From: a virus
Lineage: Duplodnaviria > Caudoviricetes
IMG/VR virus record: IMGVR_UViG_3300033067_000976
Span: 1 to 38,090 of that record
DNA length: 38,090 nt
Strand: one strand, 5' to 3'
The translations under genes were made by a program, and so were the position numbers. Shown piece by piece: positions 35,624 through 38,090 of the stretch. Within the stretch, counting starts at the first letter, position 1. Each line of letters begins with the position of its first letter. The notes beneath the pieces were generated by a model. It was not told the DNA's origin, ran no database searches, and was given only the letters and a program-made list of their open reading frames with translations.

Positions 35624-36138
35624 GGTTTTATCCTTTCGTAGGCCGCCATATCTTCGGCGGTCTTTAGCTTGTGGCATGCCGGGCACAGCAATCGCATATT
35701 GTCCCAGTGGTCCTGCCCGCCGAGCACTAGCGCTTGGTGGTGGTCGCCCTCGAACGCAATGATTGGCAGCTCTACCCCGGCCGGCGTGGTCTTGCTTGCG
35801 TGCACTCCACACCTGCAGCACTCGAAGTTGTACCACTTGTGCAGGAACCTCCGGAGGCTTGTTACCCGGAGGTTGTAGCTTACCCAGCCGGTCCACATAA
35901 CGCGGCGCTTGCAGCTTGCCCCTATACCTGGGCTCTCGCTGCAGTACTGTAGTTTTGCATTATCTAAATGTTTGCCACACCACAGGCAATTTCCCCGGTT
36001 TAACTCCCTGGATGTGGTGTACCATTCTGGCCACTTCCATCCTGCTGGGAGCTCTGCTGGTGCTCCTGGTATGCGGTTGATGCTGTAGTGCCGCTTGTAC
36101 CCGAGTATTAGATTGCCTGTGGTGGGTGACTTCATCAT
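35605..36138 (-). CDS. HNH endonuclease with extra N-terminal Zn motif
   Basis: CLWC...YCS..C and CCRC...DHHQALVLGGQDHWDNMRLLCPACHKLKT. Confidence 0.9.
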   Translation of the reverse strand: MMKSPTTGNLILGYKRHYSINRIPGAPAELPAGWKWPEWYTTSRELNRGNCLWCGKHLDNAKLQYCSESPGIGASCKRRVMWTGWVSYNLRVTSLRRFLHKWYNFECCRCGVHASKTTPAGVELPIIAFEGDHHQALVLGGQDHWDNMRLLCPACHKLKTAEDMAAYERIKPWKPRR

Positions 36139-36563
36139 TTGGGTTGTAGCTTCTCCTGGTACGCTTTCAATTTATGCAGTTGTGAGAAGTCAGAGACTGT
36201 AATCCTATACCCGCCGGTCACCACATCGCTATTGAGTAGACTCTCGCCTTTCCTGTATGTCTTCTTTGTGGATGGATCAAATAAAACTTTAGTACCCTGC
36301 ATCACTATTGCATGCGTTCCTGATTTATAATTTTTGCTTTTGACGGTCGCAATCCACGGGTGGTCCTGCCAAATTGCGCCGTCCTTACCATCAAAGCCGA
36401 TAGCCAATCCGAACTGGTGCAGGAAAACGTCCCATATCCTAAACCACGCGTCGCTATGGTCATTTGGTAGTACTTCCAGTGGCAGCTCCAGGAGGGAAGC
36501 CATACACGCCGGGAAACAGTCGCCTATGATATCGCTCACAATTCTTTGCTTTTGCTCTTTCAT
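36135..36563 (-). CDS. C39-like papain-fold peptidase
   Basis: GDCFPACMASLL, HAIVM, LFDPS (Cys-His-Asp). Confidence 0.75.
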   Translation of the reverse strand: MKEQKQRIVSDIIGDCFPACMASLLELPLEVLPNDHSDAWFRIWDVFLHQFGLAIGFDGKDGAIWQDHPWIATVKSKNYKSGTHAIVMQGTKVLFDPSTKKTYRKGESLLNSDVVTGGYRITVSDFSQLHKLKAYQEKLQPK

Positions 36564-36940
36564 TTTCTTTTTATAATTACGAGTCTATGGGTGATTCGAT
36601 TGTCTTTCCATTTGCTCGGGTACTGTGGATCGAACGCCAACCTGCCAGCCTGATATACGACCGCGTGCGCGTAGGTTTTGTACTTCAGGCTGTTACCTAT
36701 CACTATGTGCGTGCCGCGTTTTGGTGGTGTGGTGCAGGTTACCCAGTAGACCAGGTATCCGTGCTTCTTAAAAAACAGCTTCAGCCGTTCGTTCCACCTT
36801 TTTCGTGGCTTCACGAAATAGGGGACCCGGTAGGGGTGCATGTTCAGTACGTATGCTACGCAATCTGTCAGACACCCCTGGGTTTCTCTAAGCCGAGTCC
36901 AATTTATTTGTCTTTGTTTTTTCTCCACTGAATTAGCCAT
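36560..36940 (-). CDS. C39-like papain-fold peptidase (second, diverged copy)
   Basis: QGCLTDCVAYVL, HAVVY, AFDP. Confidence 0.7.
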   Translation of the reverse strand: MANSVEKKQRQINWTRLRETQGCLTDCVAYVLNMHPYRVPYFVKPRKRWNERLKLFFKKHGYLVYWVTCTTPPKRGTHIVIGNSLKYKTYAHAVVYQAGRLAFDPQYPSKWKDNRITHRLVIIKRK

Positions 36941-37068
36941 ATAAGCACTGTAACTAAAAACACCACGCCGACAAAAATGTCACTTGCGGATGGTGCTGGT
37001 TTTGGTGGCCGGGGATTTATGACGATATACGTTCCATAGTCGCCTGCCGGTTGCCTGGTAATTTCCAT
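36904..37068 (-). CDS. 54-aa single-pass membrane peptide (below the ORF-track cutoff)
   Basis: MEITRQPAGDYGTYIVINPRPPKPAPSASDIFVGVVFLVTVLIWLIQWRKNKDK: Pro linker, TM helix, basic tail. Confidence 0.65.
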   Translation of the reverse strand: MEITRQPAGDYGTYIVINPRPPKPAPSASDIFVGVVFLVTVLIWLIQWRKNKDK

Positions 37069-37143
37069 GCATTTGGGCGCTGGCGGAATGGAAGGATCTC
37101 TTCCCAGCGTATTAAGAATAACAGGGACACACTACTCTTTTCG

Positions 37144-37650
37144 CTAGTCCGTGTAAACGGTGCGATCGGGTAGGTAGGTGGAGCTGTACTCTTTTTTTAT
37201 ATCTTCGTACTCGTTCGGTCGGATGCTTTGCATTATGATGCGTGCAATTCGTTCCGTTTGTTGTTCGTTGATGGTTCGCAGCCCCTCCCGTACTTTTTTT
37301 GCTTTCGCGTCCTGGCCGCGGGGCATGAGCTCCCAGCAATAATCGTAGTATGGGTCCGTGAGTGCGTGGACCATTTCGTGGCAGAGCAGTCCGACAATGT
37401 AGCGCCGGTCGCCCTGCTTGTAGTAATCGTCATAAACCTTTTTGCTTATGTTGATTTCTACTTCGAGGTATCTGGTGTCTACCTCTACGTCCGCCGATAC
37501 GCCCCCTGCATACCGCCGGTCTTTGAGCTTGGTGTGGTACCAGACTGTAATTTCGTATTCCTGCATGCGCAGCCGGGTTTTAACCAGCCGCGCTGCAGCG
37601 TCTACGAATTTTCTAAACTCCTTGGGCGGGTTCCACTTTGTCTTGCTCAT
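37144..37650 (-). CDS. Zincin-like HExxH metallopeptidase
   Basis: LLCHEMVHAL with a downstream NEQQTE candidate third ligand. Confidence 0.75.
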   Translation of the reverse strand: MSKTKWNPPKEFRKFVDAAARLVKTRLRMQEYEITVWYHTKLKDRRYAGGVSADVEVDTRYLEVEINISKKVYDDYYKQGDRRYIVGLLCHEMVHALTDPYYDYCWELMPRGQDAKAKKVREGLRTINEQQTERIARIIMQSIRPNEYEDIKKEYSSTYLPDRTVYTD

Positions 37651-37852
37651 GGGTTTGTTCCTCTAAGTGAATTACACCCACTAATTCTACCACTTCGCGA
37701 TTATCCCCATCTTCGATGCGGTTTATGGCTTTCAGGAGGCCAGCCACAATGTCATCCACCACCCGGTCACGGCCATATTCCTTTATTGCCAGTCTGATGG
37801 CGGGTACTCCAAGTTTCGCAACATAGAGCTCTACCTGTTTCTCTGGTTCCAT
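37613..37852 (-). CDS. Hypothetical protein
   Basis: 79-aa ORF coupled to its neighbours. Confidence 0.6.
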   Translation of the reverse strand: MEPEKQVELYVAKLGVPAIRLAIKEYGRDRVVDDIVAGLLKAINRIEDGDNREVVELVGVIHLEEQTHEQDKVEPAQGV

Positions 37853-37853
37853 A

Positions 37854-38090
37854 CTATTTCCTCCCGCGCTTCTTACCTAGCTTTTCTTTTTTTGGTTTTG
37901 GTGGTACGAGTTCGACTGCCTCGCTTACCTCTGTTGCTGCAGCGTTGGCCCGGTCAACTTCGGCCGATACCTCTGCATAGTGCTTACCCTCTAGCCTGTC
38001 GATGCCGACCTTGATCAGCATTTCTTGCAGCGCGTTCATTTCAATGTCTGCGAATTGTGGATCGTCTAGGATCCTGTGTAGCTTGAGCCT
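37854..38090 (-). CDS. 5'-truncated hypothetical protein with basic tail
   Basis: Frame is open to the window edge (RLKLHRILDDPQFADIE precedes MNALQ). Confidence 0.6.
   Translation of the reverse strand, partial: RLKLHRILDDPQFADIEMNALQEMLIKVGIDRLEGKHYAEVSAEVDRANAAATEVSEAVELVPPKPKKEKLGKKRGRK

Larger units (their letters stand above)
1..38090 (-). mobile_element. Bacteriophage genome segment (tailed phage, P22-like podovirus architecture)
   Basis: Co-oriented terminase, portal, scaffold, capsid, adaptor, nozzle, ejection and lysis genes plus an early operon. No tape-measure or tail-tube gene and no host housekeeping gene recognised. Confidence 0.95.

Noticed and set aside
35624-35896. 91-aa N-terminal extension of TerL
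   Set aside because: Lies inside the HNH gene in another frame; ATG 35623 has an RBS and gives a normal-sized TerL.
36904-37650. TAG readthrough or recoding fusing the HExxH peptidase to the in-frame membrane peptide
   Set aside because: Two TAGs would have to be read through. TAG is a genuine stop for the capsid and other genes, and long genes contain no internal stops in code 11.
12-38076. TAGGATCCTG near both window ends as a terminal repeat or att site
   Set aside because: Only 10 bp, the right copy is inside an open frame, and no integrase is present; compatible with chance.

Overview
The whole window is one phage genome segment (Caudoviricetes, probably a short-tailed P22-like podovirus). 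All supportable protein genes are on the minus strand and read in standard code 11. Read from the right end, the order is: small genes (HExxH peptidase, membrane peptide, two C39-like papain-fold proteins), HNH, terminase large subunit, portal, scaffold, decoration protein, Mu gpT-type major capsid, several jelly-roll/fibre proteins, a LamG + glycoside hydrolase cassette, adaptor, nozzle, fibre, ejection proteins (including a 2672-aa polyvalent protein), a C1+M23 lysin and a holin. An ~870-bp control region follows, then an early operon (Zn fingers, membrane-anchored lytic transglycosylase, LexA-type HTH, Gp3/RDF-like recombination protein, RusA-like resolvase). No integrase, polymerase, helicase, recognisable initiator, reverse transcriptase, tRNA or CRISPR array is visible. 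Two signals stand out. (1) The control region contains what looks like a bacterial chromosomal origin: phased DnaA boxes, tandem boxes followed by DnaA-trios, and an AT-rich tract, with further DnaA boxes elsewhere in the phage. (2) Several intergenic stem-loop elements have their G.T wobble pairs on the plus (non-coding) strand, and one of them has its own plus-strand promoter and terminator. A Patescibacteria (CPR)-like host is suggested but is inference only. All family assignments are by motif recognition, without database searches.
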